Below are positions 9,547-17,473 of a DNA stretch of 64,000 bases, one piece after another. Within the stretch, counting starts at the first letter, position 1; each line of letters opens with the position of its first letter. A program made the position numbers and the translations under genes. The notes under the pieces were generated by a model. That model was not told the origin of the DNA and did not search any database. It was given only the letters and a program-made list of their open reading frames with translations. The stretch comes from Patescibacteria group bacterium (GTDB lineage Bacteria > Patescibacteriota > Patescibacteriia > Patescibacteriales > JBAZCA01), in contig JBAZCA010000001.1 of NCBI GenBank assembly GCA_041671125.1, forward strand, positions 8,120-72,119, written 5' to 3'.

Positions 9547-9595
9547 CATAACGCGTAACAAGAGAAAAAAATCGTTACGAGTTACGAGTTATGAG
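9547..9595. repeat. Heptamer-unit imperfect inverted repeat upstream of prfA
   Basis: cataacgcgtaac (9547-9559) faces cgttacgagttacgagttatgag (9573-9595). The right arm is GTTACGA, GTTACGA, GTTATGA in tandem. Confidence 0.7.
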
Positions 9596-9601
9596 ATAAC
9601 T

Positions 9602-10633
9602 ATGTGCGAAGACATCTTAAAAAAATTCAAAGAACTTGAAACCGAACTTTCTGATCCATCCATAATTTCTAATCCGGAAAAACTTAAAGCCGTTTCAAGA
9701 GAACACGCCGATTTAAAAACCGCGGCCGCTTTAATCATGGAATTAAACGCCATAGCCGGACGAATAAAAGAAAACCGTGAAATCATAAATACCGAAACCG
9801 GAGAGCTGGCCGAAATGGCGCAGGCCGAGCTGGAAGGGCTGGAAGCGCGAAAAGCCGAGCTGGAAGAACTTATTAAATCCGAGCTAACTCCAACCCATCC
9901 TTTTGATAAAAAAAACATTATCATGGAAATCCGAGCCGGCACCGGCGGCGACGAGTCAGCTCTTTTCGCCGCCGATCTGTTCCGGATGTATTCGCGCTTT
10001 GCCGAAAGAAAAGGCTGGAAAATTAACATCCTTGATTCTTCGCAAATCGGACTCGGCGGATTTAAAGATATAACATTTTCCATTGAAGGGAAAAATGTTT
10101 ACAGCAGTTTAAAATATGAAGCCGGTACTCATAGAGTCCAGCGCGTGCCGGAAACCGAAAAAGCCGGCCGCATCCATACCTCGGCCGCGACGGTCGCTGT
10201 TCTCGCCGAAGCCGATGAAATTGACGTTCAGATTAAAGCGGAGGACTTAAGGATAGATACTTACGCGGCATCCGGTCCAGGCGGACAGAAAGTTAATACA
10301 ACCAATTCAGCCGTTCGGATTACCCATCTTCCGACCGGCGTTGTTGTGCAATGCCAGGATCAAAAATCCCAAAGGCAGAATAAAGATAAGGCTATGCTGG
10401 TTCTGCGCTCAAGAATTCTGCAGAAAATGGAAGAAGACCGGCACGCCCGCGAAGCCGCCGAAAGAAAAGGCCAGATCGGCTCGGGCGACCGTTCGGAAAA
10501 AATCCGCACCTATAATTTTCCGCAGGATCGGATAACCGATCATCGGATTAAAATATCCTGGCATTCAATAACCCGGATGATGGACGGGGATTTAGACGAG
10601 ATGATCGGAGAGCTTAAGAAAGGATTGATTTAA
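9602..10633 (+). CDS. prfA: Peptide chain release factor 1
   Basis: It has the GGQ motif (SGPGGQKVNTTNSAVRITHLPTG) and the RF1-type tripeptide region RVQRVPETEKAGRIHTSAATVAVL (PxT, not SPF). It is 343 aa and is followed by prmC. Confidence 0.92.
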   Translation: MCEDILKKFKELETELSDPSIISNPEKLKAVSREHADLKTAAALIMELNAIAGRIKENREIINTETGELAEMAQAELEGLEARKAELEELIKSELTPTHPFDKKNIIMEIRAGTGGDESALFAADLFRMYSRFAERKGWKINILDSSQIGLGGFKDITFSIEGKNVYSSLKYEAGTHRVQRVPETEKAGRIHTSAATVAVLAEADEIDVQIKAEDLRIDTYAASGPGGQKVNTTNSAVRITHLPTGVVVQCQDQKSQRQNKDKAMLVLRSRILQKMEEDRHAREAAERKGQIGSGDRSEKIRTYNFPQDRITDHRIKISWHSITRMMDGDLDEMIGELKKGLI

Positions 10634-10640
10634 ATTTCCT

Positions 10641-10676
10641 AAAAAGAAAAAACCGCCGGAGGGAGGGTTCCGGCGG
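10641..10676 (-). terminator. Hairpin with T-run on the minus strand
   Basis: ccgccgga (10653-10660) pairs with tccggcgg (10669-10676) across an 8-nt loop. It is preceded on the + strand by aaaaagaaaaaa, which is a T-run on the minus strand. It lies just past the end of minus ORF 10689..10994. Confidence 0.45.
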
Positions 10677-10688
10677 AGCTGAGCGTGT

Positions 10689-10994
10689 TTAAAATCCACA
10701 TTCGGGGATTAAAATCAACATCCACAAATCCCCTTCATCGCTGGAGCTTATATTAACGCTCCAGCTCGTTCCCTCAAAAATTTCGGAAAGACAATTTTTA
10801 AGGGAACTTACGAGTTGTTCTACAATATCTCCTCCAGGACACGCAAACACCAGGGCAAACCCTATGTTCGCCTTGCGTGCTTTTGGGCGCGTCATCCATT
10901 CTGGTGAAAAGGATGACGCGAACTCCTGGGCGATCAGGATTTCAATCGCCCCGCCGAGCTCAGAGGCCTTTATGGCCTCTAGTATTTTTTCCAT
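10689..10994 (-). CDS. Hypothetical small protein (about 101 aa from the internal Met MEKILEAIK)
   Basis: It is the only sizeable ORF in the 388-nt gap between prfA and prmC. I recognise no motif. A terminator-like hairpin lies downstream. It could be spurious. Confidence 0.3.
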   Translation of the reverse strand: MEKILEAIKASELGGAIEILIAQEFASSFSPEWMTRPKARKANIGFALVFACPGGDIVEQLVSSLKNCLSEIFEGTSWSVNISSSDEGDLWMLILIPECGF

Positions 10995-11020
10995 TAAAAC
11001 TCCTTCTCCCTCCCAAAAAA

Positions 11021-11995
11021 ATGAAAAGCCAAAAAAAAATTCAAAGGACAAAGATTCCTCCCTTTGAACATGAGCTTATATTAGCACACATTCTTAATAA
11101 ATCAAGAGAGTGGGTTTTAACGCATCCTGAAGTTAAACTTACCAGAAGCCAGGCAAGAAGCTATAGGTTATATGTCGCGAGGAGACAAAAAGGCGAACCG
11201 CTCGCTTATATCCTCGGCCATAAGGGTTTTTACGGCCTGGACTTCATAGTCAATAAAAACGTCCTGGTTCCCCGCCCGGAAACCGAATTAATAATAGATT
11301 ACGTAACACATAACATAAAACACGAAACATCAGACAATATAGTTATTATTGACATAGGCACAGGCTCAGGATGCATCATCATCACCCTGGCTAAATTATT
11401 AAATCGCAAATCGCAAATCGCACCCGCCCGAACGCTTCAGGCGGGCGGGAATCGCAAATTCATTGCCACCGACATCTCTAAACCGGCTTTATTCGTCGCC
11501 CGCAAAAACGCCAAACAGCACGGCGTTGATAAGCAAATAAAATTTCTTCACGGCAATCTGCTAGAACCCGCATTATCCGAAATTAAAAAAAATAAATTGG
11601 AAATTGGAAATTGGAAATTGGAAATTCTCTGCAATCTTCCCTACCTAACTCCAGCGCAAATAAAAAATTCCCCTTCAATAAAACATGAACCGAGGTTGGC
11701 ATTAGCGGCGGGTCGTGACGGCCTTAAATATTACCGAGAGCTGTTTAAACAGATTAAATCGTTACGCGTTACGCGTTACGCGTTACGCGTATTATGTGAA
11801 ATAGATCCGAGGCAAAAACAGAAAATAACAGCTCTCGCGAAAAAATTCTTTCCCCGCTCCCGTCTCCAAATAAAAAAAGACCTCCGGGGTCATAGCAGGC
11901 TGTTAGTTATTAACTTATCACCAGATAACAATGTAGATTGTAGATTGGTAATTAAATCAGTCGTACCCCTGGACAGTATAGCCGTACGGCGCTAA
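11021..11995 (+). CDS. prmC: Release factor glutamine N5-methyltransferase (HemK/PrmC) carrying several in-frame heptamer-repeat insertions
   Basis: RRQKGEPLAYILGHKGFYGLDFIVNKNVLVPRPETELI, IIDIGTGSGCI, CNLPYL (NPPY-type motif IV), HEPRLALAAGRDGLKYYRE and DLRGHSRLLV are all present. The start is taken at ATG 11021 (MKSQKK); the upstream 48 codons of ORF 10877 overlap the opposite-strand ORF and look non-coding. The C-terminal ~25 aa probably run through a repeat and are extended. Confidence 0.85.
   Translation: MKSQKKIQRTKIPPFEHELILAHILNKSREWVLTHPEVKLTRSQARSYRLYVARRQKGEPLAYILGHKGFYGLDFIVNKNVLVPRPETELIIDYVTHNIKHETSDNIVIIDIGTGSGCIIITLAKLLNRKSQIAPARTLQAGGNRKFIATDISKPALFVARKNAKQHGVDKQIKFLHGNLLEPALSEIKKNKLEIGNWKLEILCNLPYLTPAQIKNSPSIKHEPRLALAAGRDGLKYYRELFKQIKSLRVTRYALRVLCEIDPRQKQKITALAKKFFPRSRLQIKKDLRGHSRLLVINLSPDNNVDCRLVIKSVVPLDSIAVRR
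11401..11461. repeat. Intragenic element: (AAATCGC)x3, a GC hairpin, then AATCGCAAATT
   Basis: The sequence is aaatcgcaaatcgcaaatcgca + cccgcccg aacgcttcagg cgggcggg + aatcgcaaatt. It is ~60 nt, in-frame within prmC, and encodes NRKSQIAPARTLQAGGNRKF. Confidence 0.8.
11594..11626. repeat. (AAATTGG) x ~4.7 tandem array inside prmC
   Basis: aaattggaaattggaaattggaaattggaaatt encodes KLEIGNWKLEI directly N-terminal to the catalytic NLPY motif. Confidence 0.9.
11761..11788. repeat. (GTTACGC) x4 tandem array inside prmC
   Basis: gttacgcgttacgcgttacgcgttacgc encodes (S)LRVTRYALRV. A further (TGTAGAT)x2 array lies at 11932-11952. Confidence 0.9.
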
Positions 11996-12463
11996 TTTTG
12001 TCCAGTCGTAATCTTTGCATTTACCCATGCCTTTATCCGAAGCCTGAGCCTCAAAATTAATCACCTGAAGGATGTAAAAAGATTTGGAACAGCCATAACT
12101 CCCATCGCTGAATTTTTGGTAGCGGTAAAAAGCCTTATCGTTGTTCAACGGGTCAAAAATAACCCTGTCAACAAGGCCCTCTTTTATTAACACCGGTAAA
12201 AAAGCGCTTTCTTTACCCCCAACGCCGTAGCTAACGTCCCAGCCTTTATAGTCATCGTCCGATTTCGGATAAACGCCGTGCTTATCGTGGTAAATATCCA
12301 GAGCCGTCATAAGAATCTGGATATCGGCTTTTCTTTTTACGTCCCTGGCTTTAGAGCGGTAATCGGAAAAATACGAGAATAAAATCGCCGCCAGACAAAT
12401 TATCATGACTGCCACCATCATCTTCTGCAGGTTGAAATAATTCAGGTTTACTCTTTCAAGCAT
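11957..12463 (-). CDS. Pilin/pseudopilin-like protein lacking a recognisable prepilin cleavage motif
   Basis: A hydrophobic N-terminal helix (MMVAVMIICLAAILFSYF) is followed by SKARDVKRKADIQILMTALDIYHDKHGVYP, the signature stretch of type IV pilin / GspG-like proteins. No G|FTLIE site is present. The start is moved to ATG 12463 because the first 8 codons of the ORF are encoded by the 12468-12527 hairpin repeat. Confidence 0.55.
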   Translation of the reverse strand: MLERVNLNYFNLQKMMVAVMIICLAAILFSYFSDYRSKARDVKRKADIQILMTALDIYHDKHGVYPKSDDDYKGWDVSYGVGGKESAFLPVLIKEGLVDRVIFDPLNNDKAFYRYQKFSDGSYGCSKSFYILQVINFEAQASDKGMGKCKDYDWTKLAPYGYTVQGYD

Positions 12464-12467
12464 AATA

Positions 12468-12527
12468 AGTAAATAGTAAATAGACAAAAGTAAATAGAAT
12501 TTTTCTGTTGTCTATTTACTATTTACT
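12468..12527. repeat. Perfect 20-bp inverted repeat built of AGTAAAT units
   Basis: agtaaatagtaaatagacaa (12468-12487) pairs with ttgtctatttactatttact (12508-12527) across a 20-nt loop. It lies between GT4 gene 12565..13728 and the pilin-like gene. Confidence 0.9.
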
Positions 12528-12564
12528 ATTGTCTCCTGTCCAAATTTAATTATAACACATTTCG

Positions 12565-13728
12565 TTATTCTTCCCCAGCCTCTTTAAATAACCCGAGATA
12601 CTCCCGCGCGCACTTTTCCCAGCTGAAAAATTTCGCCCGATCAAGGCCGCGGGCGATAAGCTTTTCTCTTAGCCCCTGATCCGAGAGCGCGTCCCTGAGC
12701 CCGTTTTTAATGTCAGTGATATCATAAGGATCAACCATCAACGCCGCGTTGCCGGCTATTTCCGGCAGGCTGGAAGAAAACCCGGCTACTACCGGAACTC
12801 CCGACGCCATAGCTTCAAGCAAAGGAAAGCCGAAGCCCTCGTAAAACGAAGGAAAAGCAAAAACCTCGGCCAGGTTATAAAGGTAAACTTTTTCTTTTTC
12901 AGGAACATAACCGAGAAAGCGGATGCTCTTTTTATGCTTTGCCTGATTAAATTCTTCGCGGATTCCGGCGGCTTTCCAGCCTTCTCCACCGACGATTATG
13001 AGTTCGTAATCTGCCAAAAAATCGTTCACCGAGGCGGCATTTTTCATTAAGTCAAAAGCGCGGATTAATCCGGTTATGTTTTTTCTCGGCTCAAGCGTCG
13101 CGAGCGATAAAATAAATTTTTTTGGCAAGTTATATTTTTCCCTGATCCTGGCGAGCCGGGGATGGTTTTTAGGAAGCGACCGGTATTCGGATCCGACGCC
13201 GGGATAAATAACCTTTACTTTGGCGCCGTCCGCCCCGCAAAGGTCAATAATGTCGCTTTTAGTGCTTTCGCTCACGGCAATGATATGGTCAAAATTTTTA
13301 ACCAGCCCGCGGACGTTTACGAATTTATGCCAAAAATTTTTCCGGAAAGAAAAAAACTCCTTATGGCGGAGGAATGAAAGGTCGTGGATTACAAGGACGC
13401 TTTTCGCCCGGCCGGAAAGGGCGATAAAATTGATATGCGGCAGAAGATAAATATCGGCCTTAAGCAGGTTGTCAATTTTTGGACGCTTAAAAATTTTAAA
13501 AAAAACGTAATTCAGGAGTTTATTGGGATATTTTCCCCGGATTACCTCAACATTTTTTTTCCTTAAGCCGGCGATTTCCGGATTATCGCCTTTAAAGGTA
13601 TTATAATAAAGCTGATAATGGTTTTCATTATCCAACCTGATCATTTCCCTGATTAAATTAAAATTGTGGAGGGAAACGCCGCTGTAGTTTTGGTCCATTA
13701 AAGTCCGAACGTCTATGCCGACGCGCAT
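12565..13728 (-). CDS. Glycosyltransferase family 4
   Basis: C-terminal GT4 signature: FAFPSFYEGFGFPLLEAMASGVPVVAG..LPEIAGNAALMVDP. 387 aa. Confidence 0.85.
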   Translation of the reverse strand: MRVGIDVRTLMDQNYSGVSLHNFNLIREMIRLDNENHYQLYYNTFKGDNPEIAGLRKKNVEVIRGKYPNKLLNYVFFKIFKRPKIDNLLKADIYLLPHINFIALSGRAKSVLVIHDLSFLRHKEFFSFRKNFWHKFVNVRGLVKNFDHIIAVSESTKSDIIDLCGADGAKVKVIYPGVGSEYRSLPKNHPRLARIREKYNLPKKFILSLATLEPRKNITGLIRAFDLMKNAASVNDFLADYELIIVGGEGWKAAGIREEFNQAKHKKSIRFLGYVPEKEKVYLYNLAEVFAFPSFYEGFGFPLLEAMASGVPVVAGFSSSLPEIAGNAALMVDPYDITDIKNGLRDALSDQGLREKLIARGLDRAKFFSWEKCAREYLGLFKEAGEE

Positions 13729-13763
13729 ATTTTTTATGGTTAGCGATATTAATATCTTGCGGG

Positions 13764-13807
13764 TAAAAATTCCCCTCTTGAGAGGGGTGAGCCGGTTTTA
13801 CCGGCTC
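13764..13807 (-). terminator. Double-hairpin terminator after the WecG/TagA-like gene
   Basis: gagccgg/ccggctc (13789-13807) and cccctc/gagggg (13772-13787). On the minus strand the second hairpin is followed by aattttta. Confidence 0.6.
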
Positions 13808-13840
13808 GGGGTGTGTGGGATGGTGGATGTCCGCTATTAA

Positions 13841-14563
13841 TCACTTATCTTTAAAAAATCTCCAGGCGATAAACTTCGCCGGAAAAACTATCACCGCGTT
13901 TATGATTCTTTTATAGCGTTTTTTCGGCTCACGTAACAGCCGCCAGACCCATTCCAACCCGGCCGCGCGCATAAAACCGGGCGCCCGCTTTATTTTTCCG
14001 GTTAAAAAATCAAAAGCCCCGCCCACCCCGATGGCCAGCCTGGCGTTCGGCCATTTTATCAGGTTGTGATAAATGAATTTTTCCTGAAAAGTCGCTCCCT
14101 GGTCGCAAAAAATTATTTCGGCATTCGTAGTCGGCGCGCTTTTTACCGTCCGGCTGACTGCCAGAACTTCAAAAGACAATCCCGGATATTTTTTCTTAAG
14201 CGCCCCGGCAATATCCTCTTTTCGCGAAAGGGATTTTTCCCAGTTCATGACCGCGACTTTCATTTTCATTTTTCGCGCTAACTCAAAAATTTCGCCCGTT
14301 AAATCCGAGCCGGCGGTAATTTTCAAATTTTTTCCCATTGCCAAGGCCGCGAATTTAAGGCCGGTCCCGTCAGGAATGGCAATATCCGCTTTATTTAAAA
14401 TATGGAAAAACTCCTCGTCCTTTTCCGCGAGAAGAAGCATTTCCGGATTGGGCGTAACGAGGTAATGTTTCTTTCCGTCAATCAAAAAAGCCCCGATAGT
14501 TTTCAGAATCTCCGTTTTGCCGGCCTTAGCCAGGTTTATTCCGAGAATGTTAATCTTTTCCAT
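13841..14563 (-). CDS. WecB/TagA/CpsF family glycosyltransferase (GT26)
   Basis: INILGINL..HYLVTPNPEMLLLAEKDEEFFHILNKADIAIPDGTGLKFAA..LAIGVGGAFDFLTGKIKRAP..GLEWVWRLLREPKKRYKR is the typical WecG/TagA pattern. Confidence 0.85.
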   Translation of the reverse strand: MEKINILGINLAKAGKTEILKTIGAFLIDGKKHYLVTPNPEMLLLAEKDEEFFHILNKADIAIPDGTGLKFAALAMGKNLKITAGSDLTGEIFELARKMKMKVAVMNWEKSLSRKEDIAGALKKKYPGLSFEVLAVSRTVKSAPTTNAEIIFCDQGATFQEKFIYHNLIKWPNARLAIGVGGAFDFLTGKIKRAPGFMRAAGLEWVWRLLREPKKRYKRIINAVIVFPAKFIAWRFFKDK

Positions 14564-14668
14564 ATTATAAATTATAGTTGAATACCCTGAATTTTACAAT
14601 TTTTCTTCCAATTTTCCCGCTTTTCTGGTAAATTATAAGAAAGCCATGCGTCTTTATATTATCGGCTC

Positions 14669-14697
14669 TTGACATTTAAAAAGTTAAGCTATATATT
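14669..14697 (+). promoter_or_regulatory. Sigma70-type promoter of clpB
   Basis: TTGACA (14669-14674), a 17-nt spacer, then TATATT (14692-14697). Confidence 0.65.
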
Positions 14698-14699
14698 TA

Positions 14700-14726
14700 T
14701 TAGCAGTCTCTCTCTTAGAGTGCTAA
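14700..14726 (+). promoter_or_regulatory. CIRCE element (HrcA operator)
   Basis: TTAGCAGTC-N9-GAGTGCTAA compared with the consensus TTAGCACTC-N9-GAGTGCTAA (one mismatch). It lies directly downstream of the -10 box. Confidence 0.8.
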
Positions 14727-14728
14727 AA

Positions 14729-14789
14729 AATTCATAATTCATAATTCATAATTCATAATTCATAATTCATAATTCATAATTCATAATTC
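14729..14789. repeat. (AATTCAT) x ~8.7 tandem array in the clpB 5' leader
   Basis: Eight perfect 7-nt units plus a partial unit lie between CIRCE and the clpB ATG (14812). Confidence 0.95.
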
Positions 14790-14811
14790 TCTATTCTTAA
14801 TTCTATTATTT

Positions 14812-17439
14812 ATGTTTGATAAATTCACCCATAAATCGCAGGAAGCGATCGTAAACGCTCAGACTATCGCCCAGGAAAACGGCCAGCAGTATATTGAGGC
14901 CATCCACCTCCTAGACGCCCTTTTAGAGCAGACTGACAGTATAATTATTCCAATTCTGGAAAAACTCCAGGTTTCCGTTAAGGACGTCGCCGAAGACGTT
15001 AACCGCGAACTGCTCCGCCTGCCAAAAACCCGCGTGTCCGGTAAAATCGGCATGGTTCAGGGCACTTCGGAAGTGGCGGCCGTCCTTGACCGGGCGAAAA
15101 AGGAAGCTGACCAGATTAAGGACGGATACATTTCCACCGAACACCTTTTCCTTTCCTTAATCGGGGTTAAATCTTCAGCCCAGGATATTCTTCTCCGGCA
15201 CGGCATAGAATACGATAAAATCCTCAAAGTTTTATCCGAACTGCGCGGCTCCCAGCGCGTGAACGATCCGGAACCCGAATCAAAGTATCAGGTGCTGGAA
15301 AAATACACCAACAACCTCACTAAACTCGCCCGCGAAAAAAAGCTTGATCCGGTAATCGGCCGGGATAATGAGATAAGGCGGATTATGCAGGTTCTCTCGC
15401 GCCGGACCAAGAATAATCCGGTCTTAATCGGCGAGGCCGGCACCGGAAAAACCGCCATTGTTGAAGGCCTGGCTCAGCGGATCGTTGAAGGCGACGTTCC
15501 AGAAACCATTAAAAACAAAGAAATTTTAAGCCTTGATCTCGGTTCCCTTTTAGCCGGCTCAAAATTCCGCGGTGAATTTGAGGAGCGGCTGAAAGCGGTT
15601 TTAAAAGAAGTAAAATCCCAGGACGGAAAAGTAGTCTTATTTATTGACGAACTCCATACCCTCGTCGGCGCCGGCGCTTCGGAAGGAGCCATGGACGCTT
15701 CAAACATGCTTAAACCGGCGCTCGCCAGGGGTGAAATAAGGACAATCGGCGCCACGACAACCAAAGAATACCAAAAATACATTGAGCGAGATGCGGCTCT
15801 TGAGCGCCGTTTTCAGCCGATTTACATAACCGAACCTAGCGTTGAAGACACAATAGCCATCCTTCGCGGCATTAAAGAAAAATACGAAATCCACCACGGC
15901 GTAAAAATAACCGACGACGCCATCATCTCGGCGGCGACGCTTTCTTTCCGCTATATAAGCGACCGGTTCCTTCCGGACAAGGCAGTTGATCTAATTGACG
16001 AAGCGGCTTCGGCTTTAAGAATGGAAATTGATTCATCGCCGGCTGAACTTGACGACCTCAACCGGGAAATTAGGAGATTAGAAATTGAAAAAGCCGGCCT
16101 AACCCGAGAAAAACGAGCCGGACAAAAAATAAAAGAAATTAACCGCCAGCTCCAGGAACTCCGGGAGCGCGCCAATCATCTTGAACTGGCTTGGAAAAAC
16201 GAAAAGGAAATAATTTCCAATATCCGCTCCATAAAAAAAGACGCTGAAAACCTGCGCTCGCAGGCGGAAATAACCGAACGCCGGGGCGATAATCTCGCCC
16301 GGGTGGCGGAAATCCGTTACGCGGAAATTCCAGCCAAGGAAAATGAGCTTAAAAAACTGGAAAGCGATTTGGTGGAAATGCAGAAAAGCGGCCGCCGGCT
16401 TTTAAAGGAAGAAATAGACGACGAAGATATCGCTAAAATTATTTCCCGCTGGACCGGAATTCCGGCGATAAAAATGCTTGAAAGCGAAAAAGACAAACTC
16501 GTTAAAACGGAGGAGTCTTTAAAATCCAGGGTTATCGGCCAGGACGAGGCCATAACCGTTATCGCCAACGCCCTCCGGCGTTCGCGCGCCGGCATTTCCG
16601 AAGAAAAACGCCCGATCGGCTCTTACCTTTTTGTCGGGCCTACGGGAGTCGGTAAAACTGAGCTTGCTAAAGCCCTGGCTGAATTCATGTTTAACGATGA
16701 AAATTCCTTAATCCGCGTGGATATGAGCGAATTTATGGAAAAACACTCAGTCGCTAAATTCATCGGCTCGCCCCCGGGATATGTTGGTTATGAAGAAGGC
16801 GGACAGCTCACGGAAAAAATCCGGCGGCGGCCATACAGCGTCATTCTTTTTGACGAGATAGAAAAAGCCCACCCGGAAGTCTTTAACATTCTTCTGCAGG
16901 TTCTTGAAGACGGCCGCCTCACCGACGCTAAAGGCCGGGTAGTCAATTTTAAAAACACCATCATTATCATGACTTCCAACCTGGGCAACGAAGTAATTAA
17001 AGAGTACACTATCGGTTTTATTGACGAGTCGGACCGGGAAAGCGTAAAGGATATTCGGGAAAACGAGATGAAAGAAAAAATTGACGGCATCCTTCGGGAA
17101 AATTTCAAGCTGGAATTTTTAAACCGGATTGACGAAATAGTTATTTTCAAGAGCCTAAATAAGATTGATCTCATGAAAATCGTTGACCTGGAGTTAGCTA
17201 AAGTGGAAAAGCGCCTGAAGAACAAACTCATAACCGTTAAGGTCGGCGGTAAGGTTAAAAAAATGCTCGCTGACAAGGGCTTTGACATAACTTACGGCGC
17301 CCGGCCGTTAAAGCGGGTCATCCAGAACCAGATTTTAGACGAGCTGGCCATGCGAATCATTGAGGGTAAAATAAAAGAGGGCGATAAAGTAACGATTGAC
17401 CTCGGCGCCAAAGACGAAGTGCTGGTGAATGTGAAGTGA
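14812..17439 (+). CDS. clpB: ATP-dependent chaperone ClpB
   Basis: 875 aa. It has a Clp N domain, two AAA+ modules ([18 protein letters not shown]; [15 protein letters not shown]), a long coiled-coil middle domain, and the sensor-2 region [10 protein letters not shown]. Confidence 0.95.
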   Translation: MFDKFTHKSQEAIVNAQTIAQENGQQYIEAIHLLDALLEQTDSIIIPILEKLQVSVKDVAEDVNRELLRLPKTRVSGKIGMVQGTSEVAAVLDRAKKEADQIKDGYISTEHLFLSLIGVKSSAQDILLRHGIEYDKILKVLSELRGSQRVNDPEPESKYQVLEKYTNNLTKLAREKKLDPVIGRDNEIRRIMQVLSRRTKNNPVLIGEAGTGKTAIVEGLAQRIVEGDVPETIKNKEILSLDLGSLLAGSKFRGEFEERLKAVLKEVKSQDGKVVLFIDELHTLVGAGASEGAMDASNMLKPALARGEIRTIGATTTKEYQKYIERDAALERRFQPIYITEPSVEDTIAILRGIKEKYEIHHGVKITDDAIISAATLSFRYISDRFLPDKAVDLIDEAASALRMEIDSSPAELDDLNREIRRLEIEKAGLTREKRAGQKIKEINRQLQELRERANHLELAWKNEKEIISNIRSIKKDAENLRSQAEITERRGDNLARVAEIRYAEIPAKENELKKLESDLVEMQKSGRRLLKEEIDDEDIAKIISRWTGIPAIKMLESEKDKLVKTEESLKSRVIGQDEAITVIANALRRSRAGISEEKRPIGSYLFVGPTGVGKTELAKALAEFMFNDENSLIRVDMSEFMEKHSVAKFIGSPPGYVGYEEGGQLTEKIRRRPYSVILFDEIEKAHPEVFNILLQVLEDGRLTDAKGRVVNFKNTIIIMTSNLGNEVIKEYTIGFIDESDRESVKDIRENEMKEKIDGILRENFKLEFLNRIDEIVIFKSLNKIDLMKIVDLELAKVEKRLKNKLITVKVGGKVKKMLADKGFDITYGARPLKRVIQNQILDELAMRIIEGKIKEGDKVTIDLGAKDEVLVNVK

Positions 17440-17442
17440 ATT

Positions 17443-17473
17443 AAAAAACCCGGGGTTTCCCCTGGGTTTTTTT
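17443..17473. terminator. Bidirectional terminator between convergent clpB and the 933-aa gene
   Basis: The sequence aaaaaacccggggtttcccctgggttttttt contains a GC stem (ccc-gggg ttt cccc-t-ggg) flanked by an A-run and a T-run. Confidence 0.7.

Noticed and set aside
10877-11067. The prfA-prmC gap as a hidden gene fusion or programmed frameshift.
   Set aside because: prfA ends with a clean TAA after its conserved C-terminus, and prmC homology begins at ATG 11021. The gap only holds a weak minus-strand ORF and a hairpin.
14729-14789. Could the regular short repeats (here and at 28904-28952, 11594-11626 and elsewhere) be CRISPR arrays?
   Set aside because: The units are 7 nt and directly abutting, with no spacers. 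No cas genes are in the window. They are simple tandem arrays.}
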